The notes under the pieces: model-generated
Database searches by the model: none
The model's input: only the letters and a program-made list of their open reading frames with translations
What the model was told of the DNA's origin: nothing
In this document: positions 49,252 to 61,371 of the stretch, piece by piece
How positions within the stretch are numbered: position 1 is the stretch's first letter
How the letters are laid out: every line of letters begins with the position of its first letter
Translations under genes and position numbers: made by a program
From: Tubiluchus corallicola
Taxonomy: Eukaryota > Animalia > Priapulida
Reading direction: 5' to 3'
Length of the DNA stretch: 64,000 nucleotides
Assembly: GCA_030141605.1 (NCBI GenBank)
Contig: JAQGDQ010000013.1
Span: forward strand, 1,316,447 to 1,380,446

Positions 49252-50000
49252 ATGGCTTACACAGTTGTTATCTGAGTTATTTATTTGTGGTGTCTCAGTG
49301 TTGCTGTATTTGTTAAAAGTTGCTTATAGTAGCCTATGGCTATTGTTGTCTGTTGTCCCAGCAACTGTAAATAAGTGTCTTTGTCCTTTAAAAACAATTA
49401 GTATACAACTACCATATCAAAAGTATTGCTAAATCACAGGGAAATTCATTTGATATCCAGTGTTTAATTTTTGATCTTGACACCTTTTGCATTTTGCATG
49501 AGCCGATCACATATCTCAGCAATGCTGAAACACAAAGTATAGGCTCAAATATTACTGACAACTACATAATACTATATCCTGGAATTCAGAAGACAAAAGT
49601 TTGTGAATGTTTTGGGAGATCTTGAATTTGAACCTCGCCTGTTTGAGCCTCGAATAATGCTCCTTGGGATTGCAGTTTGTGTGAGAATGCTGCTTAGATG
49701 CACAAGGATTCTACACTAAATATTAGGGCTAGATAGATTCTCTATTATTTTATTATTATAATGTCATGATTATAATCAATAATGTTTTAAACCCACAATT
49801 CATTTGCTTTCGACACCAGAAAATGTGAAAAATAGGCAAGCTGCATTGCAGACACCTTAGAACCTCAGATAACTAGGTCAAGTAATCCACGCTGGTCTAG
49901 GCAATCCAAAGTTTATCCTGTACAGCCACGCTGGCCAAATGTTCCGTGCATAATGTTAGATCACTCACACGTATGTAGCATTATTCTAACAAATTAAGTA

Positions 50001-50226
50001 TGGTTGGTTGGCATCCTTCTGTCTCGGAAGACAATGGAGTGTGCGCCAAGAGAGTCAGTTATCGAGCACATTGATGGAGCTGCAACGTTGACTGTGGCTG
50101 AGCAGTGCGATCCTTGAACATCTCCAGAACGCACACCTGGGCAAGGTGTATGGAGATCCTGAGTTGCCCAGACAACAGGAACTCCCTCTCTTCCTCGCTG
50201 GTGTAGTCCAAAGGAAAGTGGAACGG
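50001..50226 (-). mobile_element. second, 5'-truncated copy of the RTE-derived SINE
   Basis: Aligns with 19378-19610 apart from one short internal deletion; (CCAA)n tail. Confidence 0.8.
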
Positions 50227-50539
50227 TGCTTTCAACGTGATTTGGCTGTAGTCTAAATAATTAGATATGCACCAACAGCAAATTTTAATTATTATAATTT
50301 TTTTGAGCCTAAAATTTTGTGGTTGATTAATTTAATATTATAATTTTGACGTCAAGATGTAATTGTTATTATTGATGTCACAAACCCACAAATAATCAAT
50401 ATCAATTATCAGCATTTTGGGTATGTCTGTCATGTAACTGATCTGTGTTTGGTGTCTTATACATGACACGCAAATATGAGGTAAATAAAGATTACATGTG
50501 TCACTCTGACTGCCTATTCATGCATCTGTACATCCATAT

Positions 50540-50680
50540 GTATGACCGTCCATCCATCCGTCTTTCCATTAATCAATCCATCAATCTATCAATCTGTCTT
50601 CAATCTATCTCTCTATCTATCTACCTATCTATCTGCCTATCAATCAATTAGTCAATCAATCATCATATCTATCTATAACA
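50540..50680. repeat. degenerate (TCTA/TCAA/TCCA)n tetranucleotide tract
   Basis: Directly visible in the sequence. Confidence 0.85.
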
Positions 50681-51309
50681 ATATAAAATATACCAACAGT
50701 GCACAGCTGCAGCTTATGTCTCAAAAGAACAGCGACAAGTAGGCTTTAAGGAGGCGCGAAAAACACGCATACCGATTAGGCAGCCAGCAAGAATGACTGA
50801 CATTTTGCTTCACGTTAGTTTTCACATACTGATCATGATTAGTATCAGTGATCATCTGAAAAATGTAACAAATGACCGATTCTTAGTTAATTTATATGAG
50901 CTATAAATGTACTGAATATGAAGTTAGACCAAAAAGTATGACAATGTGACTGTGATTTAAGTACATGATCATCTTGCACATGCTATTTAGGTAGTAAAAA
51001 TTATAAGATTTATGTTTTTAAAAATCATTTTTATAATAAATTTTCATTTTTTTTTCTAAAAAATCCCTGCTTATCTAATTATAGCAAAGTTTTGATTTTG
51101 CAAAAGTCTTTCACAGTGAATCAGTGACCAACGTTTATCCAATTTTTTGCTCACTACATTGTTTTGCAACATCGTCTAAATAATTGTTAGGTCATTTAGT
51201 GGGAGAAACTATTATACGTTGTTACTATAAACTGTATAATTAAATAACCATCATTCTTCTCTACGTTGCTACATTTTGATTTAGACTACATTTAGATTTA
51301 GTTTTTTAG

Positions 51310-54300
51310 GCTTTCTAGTCAGAATCGACTGACCGGAGATAGTGTGTGGGACGGATCTTTCGGGTGGAATAGCCTGTTGAAATATGGCTCTGGTCTTTGG
51401 CTTCAACTACTTAAACCCGTATAGCTCGTTATGGTTTCGCGATCTGTTTCGCAAAGCAGATAATTCGGATAGCAAATTCTCTAAGGCAGAAACTTAAGTT
51501 TCCAAAGATCTCTTCTATTACTGATTTGCGTCTAGTAAATAGTTCATTGGACGATACGCTATTTCCTAGAGTGTTGTAATATTATATTTTTATAACTTAA
51601 TGGGTGAAACATTTCAGAATTTCAGTATGACGTAATGTTCGAAAGTTTATAACATGTTAAACGCTGTTATGTACAAAAGGTAAGACTTGTCATAGTTTAA
51701 AATGACCTGTGACACAGGTTGTGTCACTTAAATAGGCTTGTTTTAACTAAGAAGTATTTATATAGGGATAAGTACTGACAGTAAACGGCTGTGGTTAGCA
51801 TTGAATTGTTTGCGGTGCTATAAATTTATGTGCATATTTTAGTAGTTTTCTGCAACTGTGCGTGAATACGACGTTAATAATTTTCGCAGTGTAGTTTAGA
51901 GTAGTATTAGTATTAGTATTACTACAAAAGTACTATAGTAATGCCAGCATTAGAATTAGTAATGCCAGACTCAAGTTGGTGCATACTGATTGGCAAGAAT
52001 TACATAAGTTAACCACCTTACACTTGGTTTTCCCAGTTTTCGGACCAAAATTACCATAACTTGCAGGGAATTTTTTTCAATCAATAACAATTCTCGATGT
52101 ATTATTTACGACATGTAATTAAAAAATTGTACTCTGTGACTAGGTCCAACGTGTGACGAAATTAAAGTATACATAACCACTACTAAAACAACTATTGACA
52201 AAAATTTCAATAGCCTGTAAATTTATGCGAAATTATCTCAAATTTATTAATGAGGTGCAAGTGAAAAAAAGATTCAAGAATCTGGTAGCACGAATCAGGA
52301 AAACTGAATTCATAACAGCTTTTCCCAGATTCGGTTAAACACTAAAAATTAATTTAAATTGTTCCATGTACAAAATCTGCATTGAGCCTACTGAAATGAT
52401 GAATTTTTATTTTACAATATATGTAATCTTCAATTGTTGATTGATAGTGACAGCCTGGAAAAAATTTTGCAGTTCTCAGATGACAATTCAGGCTGGCCAA
52501 TGTTTTATATAGCTAGTATTGTTAGTGATTTTGCAATCGTTTTTGCTTCATTGTGATAGGTATTTCTTTACAAGCAATTATATTAGTAATAAGACAAGAG
52601 CTCTGTTAAGGTAACCCTGAGTGTTTATAGTATTTGCTTCATTGAAATTAGTGACTGCTGAATGCGTAGATTTGTGATCACTGTGAGAAGTGCTTTGGGC
52701 ATGTTACATCTGCCATGTACTTCTTCTATTTATCTTGTCCAATGAGGATGCATCCAATTGTGACTAACACACTCTATGCATCTCACCTGAGAGTTATCCT
52801 TAATGATGAGCAAAATCCATATTATTGATTCTCTGTAGTGAGGCTAAACAGTTATTTTTGCAAATGCCAAGAAATAATGTGTTAGCGTTGCCTCACCTGT
52901 ATAACACTTGTTATGTCGGAAGTGAACTGAGCACCTAGTAGCATAGTAGTGTTTAGTTTAGTGCATTTATCTTTATTGAGGGCAGATTTCTTTTATTTTT
53001 TGAATTCTGCCTACCCATTGTCTGCAGTAGATGTAATGAGTACATGGTGATGATGATGATGATGAATAAGATGCATACAGATGTGCCCCTATGCAATTAA
53101 AATGAACTTTAAGTGTTGCAGACAAATTGAAATTGAGAAAAACTCATTGGCGGTTTTAACCGGTAAACGTTTTAAATGCTTTAAAATTATGTCAGCTAGC
53201 TAAATAAAGTACTTCAAGATTTAGTTGTTAAATTAACTTAATAATGAGTCATGTTTTCAGTAATGCTTATGTTCAATAATTATAACTGAAATTAGTGCTA
53301 GAGAAAAGTTATGATAAAATCTCTCCCTGGCTCTGCTGAACATATTTCAGTAGTAGCAGCTGTTGCTATGCAAGTGTGGATTTTACTGACTTTGTGTCTT
53401 TGAGACTTGAGTAACTCGTATTCGCATCAGTGCTTGCAATCAATGAGCATTTGGGCTGCCTGTTTAGGTAGTGCAATACTTGCTGAGCAGTCTGGGATTC
53501 ATGGTAGAAACAGCAAGCTGTGGTAGCATCTTTCATCCTCCTTATTACAGGTGTTTGCAATTGTAATCAATAAACTATTTAACTTACACTAACATTTTAT
53601 GTTTAGTTGTATTTATTTTTTATTAACCTCTTTTAAATTAAATTTAAATATTTTTAATCAATTTTTACTTTTCTAACAAAGTATGAGCTGTTGTTTATTG
53701 TTTTGCCAGAACTTTAAATAGATTGTGGAAAAAGTACTGATAACCATATTTAACCTACTGAGTTTTACACAGAATACAATAATATTAAATATAATTTACA
53801 ATACTGTATTATTTTTAGGCCTGACTTTGAATTGAAGAGGCGATGAGGTTTCCAGTCTGGTGAAGAAGAATCTTGTGCTCCTAGACATTGGTTTGCTTAG
53901 CAGATTATTGAGTTTGCTGACATGGCTCATTTTCTACCAAATGAGGTAAGTCACAAATTTGACAATTTATCTTCACTGCCAAAATTTTCAATTATATTTC
54001 ATTAACATTATGATGTTGTACTTATTGATGCTGCTCCAGATACACTTTTTTGCCGGATAGCGAATACCAGATATCATCGAATATTTCCTCAAATTAACTT
54101 CCGGATTCGGATTATAACCAGATGGGTTAGCTAAATTAGGATTGAATATGCGGATCAGTTCGTATAGTGAAAAATTAGTAAATGTTTGCAAACTTTAGCA
54201 TTTTCATTTAGCTTATCATCTTAAAGGACCTAGCATGGAGGTACACCCGTATTACCACATTGAAACGAAAAAAGATGCGTCTAAAATTTTTGCCATAAAA

Positions 54301-54960
54301 TCACCAACATAGGTTAAAATGATCTTTAAGTTTTTTGGTAATATTTTATTTATTTGTTTTCGGCTGTCAAATTATTTGAAAACTGCTTTCCATTGCACAG
54401 TACGAAAACCAGATAGCAAATATTTGCAAATATCAAATTTTTATAACTACCAGATAATATGAGATACGAGTACCCTCAAAATCTCGCAAATATCACCATC
54501 TTCTGATACTAATATCAGGAGCAACACTAGTACTCATTGATGTAATACAATCACGTAGCTGATTGAATTTATTATGGGTCATCTTTGCACACATCAGCAG
54601 TTTAAAAGAACGATTGTGTAGACATTAGTTCAAAATAAAGCGTGCTCTAAAATATTGAAAACTAAAATAGCTTTTCTAAATCAAAGCTTATACTAAATAA
54701 TCATTACCTTGGATAGTTAATTTTTATTAAACTTTCAAAGCTCCCACTGCTCGGTGAATCCACTAAGACTGACGATGGCGCCTCTTTATCACATTCGCAT
54801 TTGACAAATAGGCGCAGTACCACTGCTCATGAACTGCAGTCTTTGTCTGTGATGTCAGTGTGACATGGAGCTCATTTTCTTGACAACACATCAACATCTT
54901 ATAACAGTCTTCGCTTATGCAAGCGTGCTTGACATGCATGCCTACCATGCTCAAACTATG
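51310..54960 (+). other. probable 5' exons of an unidentified downstream gene (about 51310-51679, 53819-53945, 54741-54960)
   Basis: Strong donors AAG|GTAAGA (51680), GAG|GTAAGT (53946) and ATG|GTTAGT (54961) with matching acceptors; less AT-rich than the flanks; no recognisable protein motif. Confidence 0.4.
54026..54529. mobile_element. hAT-like MITE (CCGGAT-motif family)
   Basis: Ends GATGCTGCTCCAGATA / TATCAGGAGCAACACTA; CCGGAT/CCAGAT subterminal motifs. Confidence 0.55.
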
Positions 54961-57900
54961 GTTAGTTTGTGATGTAAGAGATAGCTGTTTTCGGTTGCCA
55001 TTAATTTAACTTTCTAAAGTAATTATTCAAATATTAGAAACAACTGCTAACTTTTATATGTATATTGTGGACAGTAAGCTAAAATGAGGTTGAGTCTGAT
55101 CAATCGCCCACTTTTTCTTTTAGTCGTTCAGTCCCCCTCTGATCCCCATTGGTAATCTGAGTTGTTTTGTCATACTGCTCATTTCATACCATCATGCGTG
55201 GTTTAGCTAATTTTCGTCCTATTGGTTTGCGGCATGATTTGCAGTGGTGAACATTTTTTTAATATTTGTTGTGAATTGGGTAAACTTGTGGGTTTAGATT
55301 TTTTGAAATCCTTGTGCATTACTTAGTCTTTTGCTTGTAACTGGTATTGGTGTAAGTTCACTGTAAGTTCACTAGACTGTAGTCATCTATAGTAGACAAG
55401 AACCTAATCTAGATTTTATCCTAGATTTAGTTCGAGTTTCACCTTTGTAGGCTTTGCAATCAGTTTATTACTAATACTTCTCAGTTGAGTCAGCCCCAGC
55501 ATTGCCCAGTATCTGCAGTTTGGGAATTTTTCATCATTTTTGAAAATGGCGAAACAAGTGCTACGAATTCTTTTGATATATTTGGCTTTTTTTACTTTAT
55601 TGATAAAATTTAGTCCTGAAAATCAAATAAATGATTACAAATAAATGGCGAAGGGTCATTGTTGAAATCTTATAGGTAGTGTCTTTTTATATGTAAAATA
55701 CTTGGTAAGACAACACAATTCGAAAATAAGTTTTATAGCAGCAATATTTATGTATTCTATCCGACTTGAGATCAACCGATGATCGACCGGTATCTGTGGA
55801 ACAGCAAAGTTGAACTTGACCAGCTCATTACCCAAAAATTCTGATCAGCCTGTTGCAAACAGATTGCAATTAGCATTCTAACTTAATGCACAGAAAAGTT
55901 CTCAATGGCAAGAATAGGTATACTTTGTCAGAAATGTCAAAACAAACACAGAAAACACACAAGGTTTAAGCACTTTTTATACAGCTCCACATTTTGCAAG
56001 CCACCCGCTCTACAACTACAGATATGTAATAGTTGTGGTAGGATTGGAGCCTAGCACATTATGAAATATAATTCTCTATGATGAAACCATGAAACAACAG
56101 GGCTGAGTGCATATATAATTCCTCCATGAACGAGATGGAAAACGTGGGACAGTGTGGCAAATGAGAAAGTTCGGAAGCAGTTTTCTCAGGAGTCACCAAT
56201 CCATTTACTGATTGGGCTCAATGTTGCTTAGTTATTCTCCTCGCCTCCACTATGTTCTAACAAAAAAATCAGGAAAAAGTAAAAAGAAAGAACGAATTAC
56301 TTATACTAAGTGCTAATAACTACTAGTACCAATATTATTACTGGTAATATTAATAAATTCATTATTAAAATAATGTGGAATATATAATACACATATATAA
56401 TAAAATATAATATAATATAATTTATGATAAAATATATTAACAAAATATATTTAATAAAATATTATTACTAATCGCTTTTAAGTTACTGGTGCTAACTTTT
56501 ATTTAAGAGCATATTGTGCATATTGTCATGTTCATAAAGATGGAAATGCAGAATTCATCTACTTAATGCACGTGATTGTGAATTCTGTTAACTTTTGTTA
56601 ACAAAAACAATACTGTACCTGCATTGTATATCCATTATCAGTGGCTAAGCTTTGAACATCGTCAGCATTACTTATTTTTGGTACATTTTCTTCCACCATA
56701 TTTTTACGTTTTATTAAATTTATGCGACAATTTTGTAGCTCTTTGTCTTTTTTATATTTTAAAATGTTCATGATTGTGTTGTAATGGTGAACAGAATTTG
56801 GTGTAACCCACAGTAGAATTTTAGCAAGTTGGCATGTTTTTGTGAATTTTGGTAAAAATGTAATGGCATATTATCTGCATTAGTAAGCATAAGCATTGGT
56901 AGCTTAATTGCTTTCCTGAGTCAAATATATCACGAATCCAACGTATAACTGTGGAGTGGAATTACAAACTGCTCTTCACTCTCTATGTGGTTGCCCTTTA
57001 GTAAACACGTCTACTAGAAATGAATTTTTATCTCACTTGAACAATCAAGATCTGGAGTGCATATATATTAAGAAAGACAAAGAATTAATGGCAGCTTTTG
57101 TAAAACTAATATGAGATCCATTTATTTTTAAAACTGCATTGAGGAACTCTGTTTAAAAGCGTGCATTAACTTTATCAATATTTTTTAGTGAATGTAAAAA
57201 TAATGTTGTTAATAATATGGCCAGATGATAGTTTGAAAGTTTTTTCGGGAATTAGTATCTTTGTCAATATTAATTATTCTGAGTAACCGTGGTATTATAG
57301 AATCTATACATATAATCTATATGTATGTTTGTTAATTTGCAACATCGTCTTACATTTTACGCGCGTTTGTTTGTAAATAATTAAAGTAATTTATTTGTAA
57401 CTGCAAACAGAGGAAATATAAGTAATTAGTAAGCTCTGATAAATAATATCGGTTGAAGAATTTAGACATTTCATCCAAACAGCTAGTTTTTTTAGTTTCT
57501 TAGTAACATCCATTATTTTTCTAGAAAAGGTGATTTTGTTTTAAATTTGTTTTTGTTAATTGGCAATTTTATAAGTTTATTATCATACTACAAGAGCAGC
57601 ATAACCTGATCTGATACTTTGCTAAGTTTGTTCGTCACGTACCGTGTTTTTACAGTACTAAGCATTTTATTTTTAAAATTTTAATCCTTTTATTTCATAA
57701 GCTTTCACATTTTTAAATTAACTGAAGTGCCATATACATATATATGTATATAAATAATATAATTACAGATATAATATATAATTATAGATATATAAATATA
57801 TCATATGTGTGGATATATATATATATACACACACATATATAATATAATACTTATATTACAAATTTGTATTATATACATGTATCTAATACATACATAACAT

Positions 57901-58589
57901 ATATACACATTTGCACAGCTGTGTGTTATTTGATTAAAAAAATTATTGTGTTGGTTTTCCTTGTTTTGGATAGTCCTTTGTTTCTTTGTTTTACTCGTAA
58001 AGTGACTGTTGTGCCTTTGATATTTATTGTTTCGGTTTTGTAATATACCGATTAGTGAGTTAGCTCATTACTCCACGATCTTTTTACCATCATTTTTACC
58101 ACTGTCATTATGAGCATGACTATTACTGCTACCGCCACCACCGTCAAGAACAGCAGCAACAGCAATACTGCAGTAGCAGTATTCGTTCGAAACCTGTAAA
58201 TTATAATCGATCTCCTTACCTAAAAACGTTAATGAAGCTGGGAACCAAAATTTTGCAAAACTGTGATAACACTGACCCAGTACTAACAAAAATCATTTAG
58301 TGTTACTAAAAATAACTAAAAATAATTGTTTCCTCGTTATTTTTTTGTAGGTTTTTAATTGTACTGATCCTTGCCATAAAGATTTAGTTTCATGGTACAT
58401 TTTGTAATTGTTAGCTTGAGTGCTGATCCAAATCAATGCAGAGACTCTACACTACTGTTTTCAGTTTCGACGTTTTCAATCCACTCTTGCATTACAAAAA
58501 GAAATTAAAATTTCCCGAGTGAATCAGATTTCATATGTCTTTTTCATGTAGGATGTAGGCGCATAAACTCAGGTTTTCGTTAACTGAAA

Positions 58590-58805
58590 TATCAACGATT
58601 CGCAAATTAGCTGACGTCTAAGGATGTCATTAATTAATTACGACGGTGATTGTCAGAATTTTTATAAACCATTGCGGGTAATGAGAGAAAGGAGACACTG
58701 AAAAAATGTTGTCTAGTCGGGATTTAAACCGGAGACCTGTCATTAGTACTTTCACGGTCTACTACCTAAGCTACCAGGCCAGCATGACAAAGAGAGCAAA
58801 TCCTG
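58590..58805. mobile_element. second copy of the tRNA-containing element
   Basis: Aligns with 35823-36075 (CAAATTAGCTG, TAAACCATTG, GAAAGGAGACAC, AGTCGGGATTT, CTAAGCTACCAG, CATGACAAAG). Confidence 0.75.
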
Positions 58806-59446
58806 GCATTTACAGTCATAATTAAGTAATAATATCAACGGTTGTTAATAATGTTGCTACTGCTGTTGTCATCGCCACTGCCGTTGCTGTTGTTGTTGTA
58901 CCAATTGCAGCAAAGAATACTGCTGTTGCTGCTGCTTCTGCTGCTAGTCCAACTGGCTGCTTTTGCCGTTAATGGCATGTTTTCATTTTTAATTTTCACA
59001 ATTTCATTGCAAATTAGAATTACAATTATAGCCAGTTTTCCAAAAACATGATTATACTGACTAAATTTAATAATTATTAATACTTTGAAACATCGCGAAT
59101 TTGACAGTTTACACTGCAAATAATGACAAAATTTATCAATTATTATACGCCTACCATCTGCTGTGTAAATTCGTTGCATCTAACCAGTATTATTTAGCAA
59201 AAACTTATTAAGGTAGAAAAATGATTGTTGAATTCTGGGTTATAACAACTTAACTCCAGCAAAAATATCGGTAAGAAAATTTTAGAATGATTTTTAAACA
59301 AAAAAATTTCTGGCGTTTGCAAAATTCGCAACTTTATTTCCTAACAACAGAAATATTTATTTTCCAATTGTTTTTAATTCTCAGTACTGTGTGCGGCTGT
59401 GGAGTGACTTCAGACATGCATGATTTTCTTCCCGGGTATTGTAAAC

Positions 59447-60305
59447 GAGTGTAGGGAAAAGTGGCACAGGTAAAAATGACAGGAAAGAATCGCACATGTA
59501 AAAATGGCGCAAGTAAAAATGACAGGAAAAAACTGGCACAGGTAAAAATGACTGGAAAAAATGGTACAGGAAAAAATGGTACATGTAAAAATGGTACAAA
59601 TAAAAAATTAAGAAAACATGGCATATATGATATTTTTATGCAAAGAATTACTGTAATAAATCCAGAATGTGCTCAGTAAAGACCAGATGTCCGCCAAAGC
59701 AGCAAAAAGCATAAAACAAAGATAGACAAGCAAACATACAAATATATATATATGTGTGTGTGTGTGTCTGTGTGTGTGTGTGTATAAGTGTTAATTAGAC
59801 TAGGCAAAATATTTTGTTCATTAAAAAGAATTATAATCATTAATGCGCGAGCATTCGACGTTTAGCCAATTGGCGATAGCAATAGACTGACAAATACACG
59901 CCATACGAAGACAGCTTATAAGGCTAAATAATGTACAAGCAAAAGTTACAGAGCGTTCCGCGTTTTTGTAGCGAAGTTGTTGTCTTTCGAAAGAGCTGGA
60001 ACACCTATTTTGAGCCCGCGCCAAAATGTATCTTTCTTATTTCCTATCTACCTTCTCCGCAAAGTTTCGTGGAAATCTGTCTGCGTATTAGTCTTACAGA
60101 TATATACACATAGCTGATAAAAAACAACCAAACAAATAGCGTTAAAACATAACTTTATTGGCAGAGGTAAAAATAATTAAAATAATTAGTCCCCACAATA
60201 ACACTAGTCGTAAACACATATTTTGTAAGTGTGCCATTTTTGGGCCCATTTTTCGTGTATCACTTCTGCGCGCCATTTTACCTGTGTCATTTTTACCGTG
60301 CACCA
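59447..60305. mobile_element. MITE with long tandem-motif inverted termini (MULE-like)
   Basis: Left end (GGTAAAAATGGCACA)n, right end (TGTGCCATTTTTACC)n; weakly similar 9-bp flanks. Confidence 0.7.
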
Positions 60306-60862
60306 CTGTGAAAGAAAGCAGTACCTTGAACAGACTTTGAAATTACCATTTTTAGAGATGTCATTGCAGTAATAATTCTTTAAGTCCCCTGTTTTTCTTT
60401 TTCGCCTATCTGTTGGGATTTTTGTACCAATCTAAGTAAATCTGCATTTCTATGCTTTCTGTTCCCTGTCTAATTGTTTTGATGAAAGTGCATTTTAACA
60501 CAGACAAAAACCCGCTACTGCAGATTAATTTTCAGTTGAGCCCTAATTATCACCTGTGAAGTTGAAAGTGTTACCGCCTTTAGTTTTTGGAATGATCAGG
60601 TGGTTGTTTGCGCGGGTGGAAACAGGAAATTTATCGCTCAGCGTGCAGTTTTTGCAATGTGCGTCTAAATAAGGCATTTCATTCAGGCGTCAAGTGAAGC
60701 GTAGATGAAGATAACCCCAGTAATTGTATATGTATCTGTGAATAATATTCTATAACCGCCTGCGCTAAAAATATGAGTTTGATCTTCAGAGCTTGGGAAA
60801 GGTCAGAGCGACGTATTGGCGTAATTTATCTTATCGAGACTTTTGTCTTCAATGTCACCTTG

Positions 60863-61019
60863 ACCTTGGATGGTGGTGACATTGTGGTTCCTTCATGCGC
60901 AGGCCATCCCAGTCAGCGCATTGATCTGCTCTATCTCCAATTACCAATAAACAAAACACGTCTGTTTGTGATTCATGGATGGCAAAGTCGTTTTAAGGTC
61001 TATTCTGTGCAGTGAAGCC
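60863..61019. repeat. second (inverted) copy of the 5198-5352 repeat
   Basis: Direct sequence comparison with 5198-5352. Confidence 0.9.
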
Positions 61020-61210
61020 ACGCTGGCTGCCTGGTCGTCACGTGTGAGGTATAAATTATGCAAATTACTTCTAATGTCGCCATGATTGTCATCAAAGAGT
61101 CGAATAAAAGTCCAATTGTAAAGTTGCCCAAGTGAAGTAAATTGCAATATAATACGCCTGCTTGAGAAACAGAAATGGAAGGAGAGAGAGGGGGGTTGGA
61201 GAGAGGAGGG

Positions 61211-61371
<161 letters not shown>

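Noticed and set aside
59334-59679. Repetitive hydrophobic and basic ORFs
   Set aside because: They are translations of MITE subterminal 15-bp motifs.
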